Assembly: GCA_963811185.1 (NCBI GenBank)
Contig: CAWEQN010000006.1
Coordinates: forward strand, 136,026 to 200,025
DNA: 64,000 bases
Direction: 5' to 3'
Source of the DNA: an uncultured haloarchaeon
Lineage (GTDB): Archaea > Halobacteriota > Halobacteria > Halobacteriales > Haladaptataceae
Of the stretch, positions 33,930 to 44,838 are shown in pieces (the first letter of the stretch is position 1; each line of letters opens with the position of its first letter). Under the pieces are notes generated by a model. That model ran no database searches, was not told the origin of the DNA, and was given only the letters and a program-made list of their open reading frames with translations. A program made the translations under genes and the position numbers.

Positions 33930-35642
33930 TTAGGCGAACCTGACGATTTTATCGAAGGCATCGAGCGGAAGCGTTTCGCCCGACGTAATTCCCCGTGCGG
34001 AGACGTCCCCGAACGAATCGGTGACGAACTGGCGGGCGACGAGTGCCTTCCGGTCGTTCCCCGCCGCGAGTTCGCCGTCCGCTTCCGACAACAACAACGC
34101 GGCGGTGTACACGTCGAAGACGTACTCGGCCAGTTCTTTTGCGTGGAGTTGTGCGTAATCGTCGCCGTCCGCCGCCACTGCCGCGAGCGCCTCCTGTAGC
34201 CCACCGACTTCGTCACGGGTCGTCGCCACGAGGTCGGCGAGTTCGTCGTGTTCGACGCCAGCCAATCGGTCCCGAATCAACGCCAACGCCGATTCGTGTG
34301 CGTTTTCCCGCGCCATGACGCGAAGCACGTCGAGCGAGAGGATGTTCGACGTGCCCTCCCAGATGGGCAGGACCTGTGCGTCGCGCAGAAGACGATGGGT
34401 GACGAAATCGTTCACGTAGCCGTTGCCGCCCTGAATTTCCATCGCGTACGAGGCGACATCGACGGCCACCCGCCCCGTTCGGGACTTGGCGATCGGGACG
34501 AGCAGGCGCATCAATCCGAACGCGTCCTCGTCGCCTCGCTGGTAGCGGTCGAACGCTCTCCCGGCGTCGAACGTGAACGCGGTCGCCGCCTCGTGTGCCA
34601 CCGCCATCTCGACCAAGTCGCGACGCATCAACGGATACTGGTCGATGGGTTTCCCGAACGCCTCGCGGTTGGCGGCCCGAACCTTGCTCTCCAACAGTGC
34701 CCGACCCATGAGACCGCAGGACGCGAACGCGTTGGCGATCCGTTCGAGGTTGAGCATCTCGGACATGTAGCGGAACCCGGAATCGGCTTCACCGACGAGG
34801 TACGCCTCGGTTCCCTCGAATTCGACTTCCCCCGTCGGGACGCTGACCGTACCGAGTTTGTCCTTCAGGCGTCGAATCGTGTATTCGTTTTTCCCGCCAT
34901 CACGGGTCGTCTCCGTCACCAAAAATAGGGAGAGGCCGTCGGTTCCGGCGGGTGCATCGGGTCGTCGGGCGAGCGTGAGAATCGCCCCGGAATCGACGTT
35001 CGAGCAGAACCACTTCTCGCCGGTCAGTTTCCAGCCGTTTCCGTCAGCAGTTCGCTCCGCGACGGTTTCCGTCGAGCCGACGTCACTCCCGCCCTGTCGT
35101 TCCGTGAGGAACATCGCACCCTGAAGCAGGTCGTCGTACTCGCGGGTCGTGAGTCGGTCGAACGTTTCGGAAAGAGGACCGTCCCCGCCGTCGGCGAAGC
35201 GGTCCAACACGAGCGCGACCCCGGACGTCATTGCGACCGGGCAAGTCAACCCCACGTCGGCGTAGGCGAGCAGGTAGTCCATCGTCAGATGGTGGAGCAT
35301 GGATGCCGGGCCGTCGCGTTCCGGCGGTGCCCGGAATACATCGGCGACGGCACCCGAACCGTACACCAGTCGCTCGTTTTCGAACTGCTGGGGGTGGTAC
35401 TCGATTTCGTTCACGGCATCGCCGTGTCGGTCGTATCGATGGAGTTCCGGGCCATGTTCGTCGATGGTGTCCGAGTGCTCCGCGACGGTCGTTCCGACGA
35501 TACCGCCGAACTCGTCGAATCGCTCCTCGGCCCATCCCCGGTCGCCGGGATACGTCCGTTCGACCTCGTGTTGCAGGACGGGGTCGTACTGCCAGTAGTT
35601 CATCCCGTATCCGCGGTCGAACTGCCCGTACTCGATACTCAT
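33930..35642 (-). CDS. Acyl-CoA dehydrogenase (AidB-like)
   Basis: CPVAMT, MFLTERQGGSDV, KWFCS, LKDKLG, GGNGY, IWEGT. Confidence 0.9.
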   Translation of the reverse strand: MSIEYGQFDRGYGMNYWQYDPVLQHEVERTYPGDRGWAEERFDEFGGIVGTTVAEHSDTIDEHGPELHRYDRHGDAVNEIEYHPQQFENERLVYGSGAVADVFRAPPERDGPASMLHHLTMDYLLAYADVGLTCPVAMTSGVALVLDRFADGGDGPLSETFDRLTTREYDDLLQGAMFLTERQGGSDVGSTETVAERTADGNGWKLTGEKWFCSNVDSGAILTLARRPDAPAGTDGLSLFLVTETTRDGGKNEYTIRRLKDKLGTVSVPTGEVEFEGTEAYLVGEADSGFRYMSEMLNLERIANAFASCGLMGRALLESKVRAANREAFGKPIDQYPLMRRDLVEMAVAHEAATAFTFDAGRAFDRYQRGDEDAFGLMRLLVPIAKSRTGRVAVDVASYAMEIQGGNGYVNDFVTHRLLRDAQVLPIWEGTSNILSLDVLRVMARENAHESALALIRDRLAGVEHDELADLVATTRDEVGGLQEALAAVAADGDDYAQLHAKELAEYVFDVYTAALLLSEADGELAAGNDRKALVARQFVTDSFGDVSARGITSGETLPLDAFDKIVRFA

Positions 35643-35669
35643 TCTAACAACAAATCGCGCGCGAACTAA

Positions 35670-36081
35670 TTAAACGATGTCCCGGTACACCCGACCGAAG
35701 GCGATACGCTGGAGGGTTCCGACCGCCGCGTCCTCCTTTTCGTGGTACGTCACGGCGACGGCCGATTCCACTGCGGGTGCGACGTGCCACGCGACGTTGC
35801 CCACGTTTTCGCTCCCCTCCATCGTGTACCTCGTAATCGTCCGGAACGTCGGCTTCGAACTCCTCGCTGGTTCCGGTGTGGGTTTCGAGAAGGGAGGCGA
35901 AAAGCGCGTCCCGAGCGGTGGCGACGACATCGCTCGTCACCCGCTCGCCGTACTCCTCGCGGTCGAACGTCATCGCCTTCGCCGTTTCCTTGACGACGGT
36001 CTGTGCTACCGGTCCGATATCCTCGTACTGTTCGCGGGCGACCGCTTCCGTTGCCGGTGAAAAAACGCCGTGGGTCTCCAT
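35670..36081 (-). CDS. Conserved haloarchaeal protein (DUF5809-like; frameshift ~35820)
   Basis: METHGVFSP...TARDALFASLL joined to GSENV..VAWH...RIAFGRVYRDIV. Confidence 0.7.
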
Positions 36082-36105
36082 AATCGGTACTTTTCGGGCG
36101 AGGAA

Positions 36106-36559
36106 CTATTCGTTTTCGTCCTGTGTTTTTCGTTCCGCGTTTGCACCGTCCGAGTCCCTCGCCGTTTTCGTCGTCTTCGTCGTCTTCGTCGTCTTCGTCC
36201 AGCATCTGCTCGGTCATCTGCCGTGCCTCCGCCATGATTCGCTGTGCGTCGGCACCCATCGTCGCGTCGCGGCCGTAGCCGCCGGCCTGCTGGAGTTCGT
36301 CTTCGAATCCCCGCCCGCCGTGGTCGTGGCCGTGGTCGTGAACCGTATCCTCGAACACCTGCGGGTACTCCTCTTCGTCCGCGTATTCGATGATTCGCGG
36401 GGCGAGTTCGTCGGGACCGTCCTCGTTCCATCCCGGCGCATGCTCGTCCAACCACGATTCGTGTTCTTCGTCCCCGAGAATGGCCGCAAAGGCGAGATGA
36501 TTGGCGAGATGTTCCCCGTCCGACTGTGGCGTCTCACACACTGGACACGCATATCCCAT
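36106..36559 (-). CDS. Zinc-finger protein (DUF5810-like; frameshift ~36155)
   Basis: MGYACPVC...HLANHLAF...H..WL; acidic tail. Confidence 0.72.
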
Positions 36560-36593
36560 ACACGGGAGTACGGCTTCCGCATTGAAAAGCGAT

Positions 36594-37080
36594 TCAGTCG
36601 GTGTCCGACCGGGTCGAGTTCGACTATCATCACGAGTGCGTCCTCGCCGTCGCCGTAGTATTGCGGTATCGTCCGGAGATACCGGAAACCGAACTCGTGG
36701 TAGAGCGAAATAGCGGGTTCGTTGCTCGCCCGCACCTCCAGTTTGACGCTGTGTGTCGTTCGTATTTGAAGGCCGGACAGTGCCCGTTTCATCAGTTCCC
36801 GTCCGATGCCCTCGCCACGGCGGGACGGATGCACCGCGAGGTCCTTGACGTGTCCGAGCGGTCGGCCGTGGTTCGGAATCATGTCGGCGACGATGTAGCC
36901 GATGATTTTCATCCCGTCCATGGCGACGAGAAACGTCGGCTCGCCGACGTACCGCTCGAAGGCCGAAAACGGCCACGGCTGTCTGAACGACGCCTTCTCG
37001 ATGCGGAAAATGGCGAGCAAGTCCGCGTTTTCGGCGGGACGAATCGAAATCGACCCCGTCTCGCTCGCAGTGGACGTCAC
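36594..37080 (-). CDS. rimI: RimI-like GNAT N-acetyltransferase
   Basis: IEKASF..PW, LAVHP..RG.GIG, LEVRASN..AI.LY..FGF, YYGDGEDA; true stop inferred past a 1-nt indel. Confidence 0.88.
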
Positions 37081-37122
37081 GAACGTGTCTTCGACGCGCA
37101 GGACTAAAGCGTTCGTGCCCAC

Positions 37123-37265
37123 CCACCTTTTTATTGCGAGGGTCGCGCCGCGACCCTCGATAAAAATGTGGACGAAAAACGCTCCTCCTTCACTTCGCAG
37201 TGGAAGAGCTTTGCTCTTCCAAGCTTCCGCTCAGTCGTCGGTCCGGAAAATCTCCGATTTTCCGG
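37123..37265. repeat. REP/MITE-like cluster of three hairpins
   Basis: CCACCTTTTT..CGAGGGTCGC/GCGACCCTCG..AAAAATGTGG; TGGAAGAGC-TTT-GCTCTTCCA; CCGGAAAATC-TCC-GATTTTCCGG. Confidence 0.75.
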
Positions 37266-37419
37266 TTAAGTTGCTGGTTTCGGCGGTTGTGTAGATTGCT
37301 ATCGTTCGTGGAAGTCGGTTTACTCATCCACTTCGGGTTTCGCCCATCACGAGCAGAGATAACTCCCAAAGCTCTCGCTACCAGTTAGTCGGCCGAAAAA
37401 TGGGAGTAGACTGTGTGGC

Positions 37420-39399
37420 TTAGTCGTCCGCGGAGGCCGCGGTGTCGCCGCCTTCGACTTGCTTCTTCGTGTGGGGCAGTTTGCCACCGTCGGCGAGGAT
37501 GTTGCGCTCGCGCTCGGATGCGTCGAGCGTCGCGGTGAGTTCCCAGTCGTCGTTGACGCGAACCGTGAACTCGTCCTGACCGGAGCGAACTGCTTCCGCC
37601 ACGTCGTCGACGATTTCGATGTCGTCGCCCTGTTCGATCTTCTCGTAGTCGTCCTCGTTGATTTCGAGGGGGAGAAGGCCGAAGTTGAACAGGTTCGCCT
37701 TGTGGATGCGGGCGAAGCTCTGGGCGAGGACGCCATCCACGCCGAGGAACATCGGGCACAGTGCCGCGTGTTCGCGCGAGCTACCCTGACCGTAGTTCTC
37801 GCCGGCGACGAGGAATCCGCCGTCGGAGTCGAGTGCGCGCTGTGCGAAGTCCTCGTCGACACGCGAGAGCGTGAACTCGGAGAGCTTCGGGATGTTCGAC
37901 CGGTACATCAGGATGTCCTGCGTCGCAGGGATGATGTGGTCGGTCGTGATGTTGTCCTGCATCTTGAGCAGGGCCGGGCCTGCGAGCTCGGATTCGAGTT
38001 CGTCCTTCAGCGGGACGTCGCCGATGTTCGGGCCTTTGATGAGGTCGTCATCGACGGCCTCGTCGGGGGCGATGAGGTCGGGGTCGTCGGCGCTGGTGCC
38101 GTAGTCGTTACCCAGTTCGAATTCCGGCGCGTCCATGTCGCCGAGTTCGTCGGCGAGGTCACGCGGGTCGATGATTTCGCCTTTGATTGCCGCCGCCGTG
38201 GCGACTTCGGGCGAACAGAGGTAGACCGAGTCGTCCTCGATACCGGAACGACCCTCGAAGTTGCGGTTGAAGGTACGGAGCGAGACGGAGTCCGAGGCCG
38301 GAACGTGACCGATACCGATACACGCACCACAGGTTGCCTCGGAGAAGTTGACGCCTGCCGCCATCAGTTCGGCGACCCAGCCCTCACGGGCGAGCATCTC
38401 GGAGGCCTGCTTGGACGCCGGAGCGACGATGAGGTCCGTCTTCCGGTTGACCGTGCGGCCTTCGACCATCTTCGCGGCGGGGAGGATGTCCTCGTAGCCA
38501 CCGTTCGTACAGGAACCGATCATGACCTGGTCGACCGACTGTCCGGCGACTTCGCGGACGGGGACGACGTTGTCGGGCATCGACGGCTGTGCGATGAGCG
38601 GTTCGATGTCCGAAAGGTCGATGACGATTTCGTCGTCGTACTCCGCGTCGTCGTCGGGCTGAACGTCGGCGTACTCGTCCTCGCGGCCGAGGCGCGAGAG
38701 CCACTCCTCGGTCTTCTCGTCGGTCGGGAAGATGGAAGTCGTCGCGCCGAGTTCCGTTCCCATGTTGGTGATGGTCGTCCGTTCCGGAACCGAAAGCGTC
38801 TCGACACCGGGGCCGGTGTATTCGAAGATTTTGCCGACGCCACCTTTCACGGAGAAGCGACGGAGCATCTCGAGGATGACGTCCTTCGCGGTGGACCATT
38901 CGGGGAGTTCGCCTTCGAGGCGAACGTTGACGATTTCCGGCATCTCGATGTAGTACGGGCCGCCACCCATGGCGACTGCGACGTCGAGACCGCCGGAACC
39001 GATGGCGAGTTCACCCAGACCGCCGGGGGTCGGGGTGTGGGAGTCCGACCCGAGCATCGTCTTGCCGGGTGCGGCGAAGTTCTCCTTGTGGACGTTGTGA
39101 CAGATACCGTTGCCGGGACGGGAGTAGTGTGCACCGAACGTGCCCGCCGCCGAGCGGAGGAATCGGTGGTCGTCCGTGTTCTTGAAGTCGAACTGGTAGG
39201 TCTGGTGGTCACAGTACTGGGCGGCGATCTCGGTCTGGACTTCGTCCATGTCGAGTGCCTCGAACTGGAGCCAGACGAGCGTCCCCGTCGTGTCCTGTGT
39301 GAGAACTTGGTCAATCTCGATTCCGATTTCCTCACCGGTTTCGAGTTCGCCCTCGACGAGGTGCTCGTCGAGAATCTTTTCCGTCAGTGTTTGTCCCAT
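37420..39399 (-). CDS. acn: Aconitate hydratase
   Basis: QDTTG, DH, GSDSHT, IGSCTN, CGACIG, TTDHI, NYGQGSSREHA. Confidence 0.95.
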   Translation of the reverse strand: MGQTLTEKILDEHLVEGELETGEEIGIEIDQVLTQDTTGTLVWLQFEALDMDEVQTEIAAQYCDHQTYQFDFKNTDDHRFLRSAAGTFGAHYSRPGNGICHNVHKENFAAPGKTMLGSDSHTPTPGGLGELAIGSGGLDVAVAMGGGPYYIEMPEIVNVRLEGELPEWSTAKDVILEMLRRFSVKGGVGKIFEYTGPGVETLSVPERTTITNMGTELGATTSIFPTDEKTEEWLSRLGREDEYADVQPDDDAEYDDEIVIDLSDIEPLIAQPSMPDNVVPVREVAGQSVDQVMIGSCTNGGYEDILPAAKMVEGRTVNRKTDLIVAPASKQASEMLAREGWVAELMAAGVNFSEATCGACIGIGHVPASDSVSLRTFNRNFEGRSGIEDDSVYLCSPEVATAAAIKGEIIDPRDLADELGDMDAPEFELGNDYGTSADDPDLIAPDEAVDDDLIKGPNIGDVPLKDELESELAGPALLKMQDNITTDHIIPATQDILMYRSNIPKLSEFTLSRVDEDFAQRALDSDGGFLVAGENYGQGSSREHAALCPMFLGVDGVLAQSFARIHKANLFNFGLLPLEINEDDYEKIEQGDDIEIVDDVAEAVRSGQDEFTVRVNDDWELTATLDASERERNILADGGKLPHTKKQVEGGDTAASADD

Positions 39400-39531
39400 A
39401 TCGGACGAATATCGACCCTCCGAAGGTATAAATCCCGCGTGTTTACGTTTTCATCGTTCGTGGTAAATTCGGCTCTCGTCCGGCAATCATTGCGAAAATA
39501 AGGACGGATCAAAACGGTGAGACGACGGAAA

Positions 39532-40255
39532 TCAGTCGAAACGAACTTCGACGATTTCGGCGTCGGTGACGGTCGGCGTTCCGTCGTCGGCACGCCCCCA
39601 CGACAGCACCGGAACGACGTCGTAGGCTTCGGTTCCGTTCTGAAGTTCGAGCCGAACCGTCTTCCCCTCCGCGAGCCATCGGTTTATCTCCGCTCGCTGG
39701 TCGTCGGCGAATCGATTCGTCTCCGCGGTACTCTTTCCACGGCGAACCGCGACGACCTCGACGGAAAGCCCGTCGGCGCTCGTTCGGAGGTTCACCCGAA
39801 GCGGAACCCGTGCGCGCTCGTCGGAGAGGAACGGGAACGAGAGGACGGCGTCTTCCGCGTCCTCCAATCGGTCGATTTCGGCTTCCGAGACCTTCACGGA
39901 CGGCACTCATCGACTTCTCGACGGAGTGGATGGAATCCTGTACCGATTCCTCGATATCGCGTCGAAGTCGCTCGCCGAAGTCCGGGTCGAACGGGCTTGG
40001 ACGGCCCCTGTCGTGTCGTTCGTGCCCGCGGTGTCGGTGGTGCGGTGGTGTTGGTCGTGTCGTTGGTGCGGGTGGGGTGGGCGAGGAGTTCGTACTCCCT
40101 TCGTTCCGCTCCCGCCGTCGGTCATCGTCGTGATTCCCGCGTTCGAGTCCGCGGCGGAGCGCCTCCTCCCACGAGAGGTCGAGTTCGCGCTTTCGTCGTT
40201 TCAGTCGTTCGAACACCTCGTCGTCGTCGATGGAGATACGGATATCCCGACTCAT
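39532..40255 (-). CDS. Hypothetical protein with RHH-like N-terminus (frameshift ~39890)
   Basis: MSRDIRISIDDDEVFERLKRRKRELDLSWEEALRRGL; continues in ORF 39532..39906. Confidence 0.6.
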
Positions 40256-40383
40256 GAAAAGGGCTACCGTCCCAGTTGACATAAGTGTTTCCGTCGAACG
40301 CACATTGAGAATCACATTTGACACACACCGAACTCACAACTAGTGCATAGATTTATGATGGCGGTGGTCAAACGTGGTGAGTG

Positions 40384-41112
40384 ATGCACTCACAAACCGA
40401 GCGAGTCGAACGGGTGAACGTGTCGGGAATCGCCACCTACGACGAGGTGGACGCCGAACTCCTCCACGTCTCCGGCGTGTTGACCGTAAGCGGTGAGACA
40501 CGAGCGGAGCGGGCGAAGTTCTCCGGAGCGGCGACGATGCAGAAGAACCTCCACGCGGGGGACATCACCGTTTCAGGAGCAGCGGACGTCGCAGGGGATA
40601 TAACCGCCGACGAAATCTCCGTCTCCGGAGCGATGGAGGTCGATGGGGACACGACTGCCGACGAGATTTCCGTCTCCGGGTCGCTGTCAGTGAGGGGAAT
40701 CACGCACACGGACACGTTCGAATGCTCGGGTTCGGTGCAGTTGGAAACCGCTCAAGCCGACCAGTTCGAGGCGTCCGGGGCGGTCAAGGTGGCGACGTTG
40801 ACCGCCGATTCGGTCCAAATCTCGGGTGCAATCGAAGCGGGTCGCGTCGAGGCTGACGACAGCAGATTCGGACTCGCCGGTGATTCGGTCATTTCACGGC
40901 TCGTCAGTAGTTCTATCGTCGTCACGCAACGCCGTCCCGACGGCTTCCTCCGAGCGGAGTCCATCGAAGGAGATGACGTGGTGCTCGATTACGTGGACGT
41001 AGAGCGGGTCGTCGGCGACCACGTGCAACTCGGGGCGAACGCTCGCGTCGGCGTCGTGCAAGCGGACGAACTCGACGTGGCGGACGGAGCGGTCGTCGGT
41101 TCAGTCGAATAA
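40384..41112 (+). CDS. Bactofilin/polymer-forming-like beta-helix repeat protein
   Basis: About 9 repeats of the form (A)DEI.VSG...V.G. Confidence 0.7.
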   Translation: MHSQTERVERVNVSGIATYDEVDAELLHVSGVLTVSGETRAERAKFSGAATMQKNLHAGDITVSGAADVAGDITADEISVSGAMEVDGDTTADEISVSGSLSVRGITHTDTFECSGSVQLETAQADQFEASGAVKVATLTADSVQISGAIEAGRVEADDSRFGLAGDSVISRLVSSSIVVTQRRPDGFLRAESIEGDDVVLDYVDVERVVGDHVQLGANARVGVVQADELDVADGAVVGSVE

Positions 41113-41184
41113 TGTGCGTGTGAATATCATTCGTACTGACCGAGAACGGTAACGGCTTTACTATCAGGGATACGCCGTCCGCTT

Positions 41185-41667
41185 ATGTTCCAGAGCGGGA
41201 CGTTCGTCGCAGAACACGTCGAGGAGATTCGGAGGCAACAGATACAACCGAACGGCGTCGATTTGACGCTGGAGAAGGTGTACGAACAGCGGGATTCGGG
41301 GCGTATCGGGCGAAACAACAAGGAACTCGGTGACCGCCGACAAGTCGAATCCGAGCAGATGACGGAGAAATCGCCGGAGAACTACTACCTGCCGGAAGGC
41401 GGCTACATCGTCCAGTACGCCGAAACGGTCGAAATTCCGGAGGGACACGTCGGCTTCATCTACCCACGGTCGTCGCTCATGCGAAACTCCTGTATGCTCA
41501 ACACGGCGGTGTGGGACGCGGGCTACGAGGGGAAGGGAGAAGGACTGCTACAGGTCCACCACGACGTCGAACTCGAACGCGGCGCACGTATCGCACAACT
41601 CGTTCTCGCCGAGGCGGACCACGACGAAACCTACGACGGCGACTATCAGCGCGAGAACCTGGAGTAG
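41185..41667 (+). CDS. Trimeric dUTPase/dCTP deaminase family protein
   Basis: QPNGVDLT, PRSSLMR, WDAGYEG, RIAQL. Confidence 0.88.
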   Translation: MFQSGTFVAEHVEEIRRQQIQPNGVDLTLEKVYEQRDSGRIGRNNKELGDRRQVESEQMTEKSPENYYLPEGGYIVQYAETVEIPEGHVGFIYPRSSLMRNSCMLNTAVWDAGYEGKGEGLLQVHHDVELERGARIAQLVLAEADHDETYDGDYQRENLE

Positions 41668-41786
41668 ATGGACTAAACGACAGCCGAGACGAGAGTCGTT
41701 TTATCCCACAGAACATCACACCAGAATTTACTTTTCAACTACGAGCAACAATCCTTTAGTTTATTTAACCCTGAGGAAAAAACGGG

Positions 41787-43232
41787 ATGGTTGATACCAA
41801 ATCACAAGGTCGGCGGCGGTTCCTCAAAACGACCGGGGCGGCGGCGGTTGCGTCCGCGATTCCGTTTAGCGGGACAGCGGCCGCAGACGGTGGTGTTTTG
41901 GACAGCGCGTTCGACCGGACGACGGACGCGCTACAGGAATCGCTCGTCGTCTTCGAGCGGAACGACGACGTGGACCAACTCGACACGTTGAACCTTGCGA
42001 ACGGCTATCACAAGTTCGACGTACTCCCCATCGGCTACACCGAACTTTCGGTGAGCCAGTTGGAGACGGTAGCCGACTGGGAATCGGTCCGATACGTCCG
42101 AAAGAACGTCGAATTGGATTACTACAACGACGACAGTCGGGAGGTCACCGGTGCCAACGACGTGCAGTCGGACCTCGGGTACACGGGAACCGACGTGCAC
42201 ACGGCAGTCATCGACTCGGGCGTGGATGGCGACCATCCGGACTTGAAATCCAGCCTCGTCGCCAACTGGCAGTGGGTCGGCAACCCGCTCGACTCGCCGA
42301 CGCTGTGGACTCGTGCTGGGGTCCTCGACACCGACACGATTGGGCACGGAACCCACTGCTCAGGGTCCATCGCGGGCGACGGGACGAAGAGCGACGGAAA
42401 ACAACGGGGAATGGCCCCGGATGCGAACCTGACGGTGTACGCGGCAGGCGTGAGCCTGTTAGTCGTGAAAGCGGCCGCAGCGTACGACCACCTGTTGTCG
42501 CGCGTCCGGAGCGGCGCGACGGACGTGAAAATCGTCTCGAACTCCTACGGTTCCTCGAACGGCGAGAAATTCCATCCGGACCAAGCGCTCAACGTCGCGA
42601 CGTGGCAAGCCTACCAAGCGGGGCTACTGCCGGTGTTCGCGGCGGGCAACAGCGGACCGGACACGAACACGCTCAACCAGTACGCGAAAGCACCGCACGT
42701 CCTCGGTGTCGCGGCGACCAAGGACGACAAGACCGTGACGGACTTCTCCTCGCGCGGGCGCAAGCAGGACAGCACCAACACGCCCGACAACTGGGACAGG
42801 AAAACCGCACTCGACAACCTCACGGCGTATCACGGCGGGGACGGTGGCTCCGGACCGTACGGCATCTATCGTCCCGGCATCGGCGCACCCGGCAACGAAA
42901 TCGTCAGCACGATGTCGCCCGACGACGCGTTACAGGCCGAAAGCCCGAAAGACGGTCGTCTCTGGTATGCGACCATCAGCGGGACGAGCATGGCGACACC
43001 GATGACCGCCGGAATCGCGACGCTCGTCGTGGACGCCTACCGCCAGAACAACAGCGGCGACATCAGCCCGCTGGAACTGCTCAACACGCTCACGGCCGAA
43101 GCCGACGACGCACACAGCGAGTACACCCCGTGGAACATCGGGACAGGGTTCGTGGACGCGGTGAATGCGGTGACGCGTGCCGAAAACGGCACCCTCGGAA
43201 CCTACAGCGACGTGAGTCTCGTGAGTAACTGA
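41787..43232 (+). CDS. Tat-secreted subtilisin-like S8 serine protease
   Basis: RRRFLK Tat signal; VIDSG, GHGTH, AAGN, SGTSMATP. Confidence 0.93.
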   Translation: MVDTKSQGRRRFLKTTGAAAVASAIPFSGTAAADGGVLDSAFDRTTDALQESLVVFERNDDVDQLDTLNLANGYHKFDVLPIGYTELSVSQLETVADWESVRYVRKNVELDYYNDDSREVTGANDVQSDLGYTGTDVHTAVIDSGVDGDHPDLKSSLVANWQWVGNPLDSPTLWTRAGVLDTDTIGHGTHCSGSIAGDGTKSDGKQRGMAPDANLTVYAAGVSLLVVKAAAAYDHLLSRVRSGATDVKIVSNSYGSSNGEKFHPDQALNVATWQAYQAGLLPVFAAGNSGPDTNTLNQYAKAPHVLGVAATKDDKTVTDFSSRGRKQDSTNTPDNWDRKTALDNLTAYHGGDGGSGPYGIYRPGIGAPGNEIVSTMSPDDALQAESPKDGRLWYATISGTSMATPMTAGIATLVVDAYRQNNSGDISPLELLNTLTAEADDAHSEYTPWNIGTGFVDAVNAVTRAENGTLGTYSDVSLVSN

Positions 43233-43492
43233 GTGTGAGGAAAATCGATACAACTATTCTTATCGAGTTTCGATTTCGTTTTGACCCAACGTGGCGGAGA
43301 ACGACGTACTGAAACGCTGTTCCGACTGTGGCGAGAAATTGCTAGAAATCTATCTCGAAGACAGCCTCTGTCCGGACTGTCGTGAGCAGTAACTCGTCCA
43401 CCTCATAACAGCGACGAGCACTGTCGCTTACCATAGCCGTGGGTAGGTTTCGAAACGAAAGGGATTTTGCGGGGATGTTCACAGCTATACCC

Positions 43493-44740
43493 GTGAACGA
43501 AAACCGTGCCCAGTTCTACGCACTCTATCTCACCCGGTTCGCCGCCGGATTCGGATTCATCACGCTGGCGGCGCTTCTACCGACCTATCTCAACATCTTG
43601 GACCCGCAGTCGGGAATCATCGTCGGCCTGTTCGTCTCGGGACTGACTGCCGCACAGTCGGTAGCCGTCGTTCCGCTGGCATGGGGTGGCGACCGCTACG
43701 ACAAGCGAACCGTCCTCCTCGTGAGTCTCGTTATCTCCATCGTCGCCTACGCCGCCTTCCCGTTCGTCGAGAGCAGTTGGGGATTCATCGCGGCACGCGT
43801 GCTTCAAGGAGTCGCCATCACCGGCACGGGTCTCATCACGCTGGCGCTCGTCGGGGAACTCTCGACGGCCGACACGCGTGCGAACCACATCGGGAAGGCC
43901 AACTCGGCGCGGTTCGCGGCGTCCATCCTCGGCACGATTTCCGCGACCGTGCTGTACGAACGGTACGGGTTCGGCGTCGTGTTCGGCGTCATCGTCGCGC
44001 TGTTGATTCCGGCGTTGGTCGGGGTACTCCTCTTCGTGGAACGCGACGACACGCGAATCGAGGGGTTCCCGTTCGCGGACATGGCGCTCAACCCCAGATT
44101 GCTGACGCTCACGAGTTTTCGGGCACAGTACGCCGTCGGGGTGACGATGGTCCGAACGTGGATTCTCGTCTACGCGGGCGTGGAAGCCGCCAAAGGCGGA
44201 CTCGCCTACGCCCCGATTGCCGTCGGTGTCATCCTCATCGCGGAGAAGTTCACCAACATGCTGTTTCAACCGCACACCGGGCGGCTTTCCGACCAGTACG
44301 GACGGGCGCTGTTCGTCTTCTTCGGCGGCGGCGTGTACGGTCTGGTGGCGCTCGTGATACCTTCCACACCCGCAATCGGGCAGGCATTGTCGCTTCCGGC
44401 GACGGTGCCCTTCCTCGGGGCACTCTCGCCGGCGTTCCTGCCGTTGGTGGGGTGCAATGCCCTGTTGGGAATCGCCGACAGTTTCCGCGAACCCGCGAGC
44501 ATGGCGTTGTTCGCCGACGAAGGCGTCGATGGTGCAGGAGTGGCGAGCAGTTTCGGCATTCGAGAGTTGGTGTGGCGGCCGGGAAGCATCCTCGCGCCGA
44601 TTCTCGCCGGAATCCTGATGACCGGACCAGGTATCCGATGGGTGTTTTACGTCGGCGGCGTCGCGTCCATTTCGGGCGTGCTGACGTTCCTCGGCGTGCT
44701 GTCGTACTCCCACGGCGCGAAAGCGCTGACACAGTGGTGA
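43493..44740 (+). CDS. MFS transporter
   Basis: About 12 TM segments; GDRYDKR and GRLSDQYGR motif A copies. Confidence 0.88.
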   Translation: MNENRAQFYALYLTRFAAGFGFITLAALLPTYLNILDPQSGIIVGLFVSGLTAAQSVAVVPLAWGGDRYDKRTVLLVSLVISIVAYAAFPFVESSWGFIAARVLQGVAITGTGLITLALVGELSTADTRANHIGKANSARFAASILGTISATVLYERYGFGVVFGVIVALLIPALVGVLLFVERDDTRIEGFPFADMALNPRLLTLTSFRAQYAVGVTMVRTWILVYAGVEAAKGGLAYAPIAVGVILIAEKFTNMLFQPHTGRLSDQYGRALFVFFGGGVYGLVALVIPSTPAIGQALSLPATVPFLGALSPAFLPLVGCNALLGIADSFREPASMALFADEGVDGAGVASSFGIRELVWRPGSILAPILAGILMTGPGIRWVFYVGGVASISGVLTFLGVLSYSHGAKALTQW

Positions 44741-44838
44741 ACAGTGAATTTCGTGCCCAGAGACGAGCTAAACGAACGGACGACACGAACCAGCAACCGT
44801 GCCACTGACGGCGGCCGGATAACCGCCCAAGCTCGTTC

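Noticed and set aside
36165-36200. (TCGTCTTCG)n tandem repeat
   Set aside because: Encodes the acidic DEDDEDD tail of the zinc-finger protein.
35750-37126. Apparent 458-aa and 302-aa fusion ORFs across rimI and the DUF genes
   Set aside because: Produced by 1-nt indels joining frames of separate genes.
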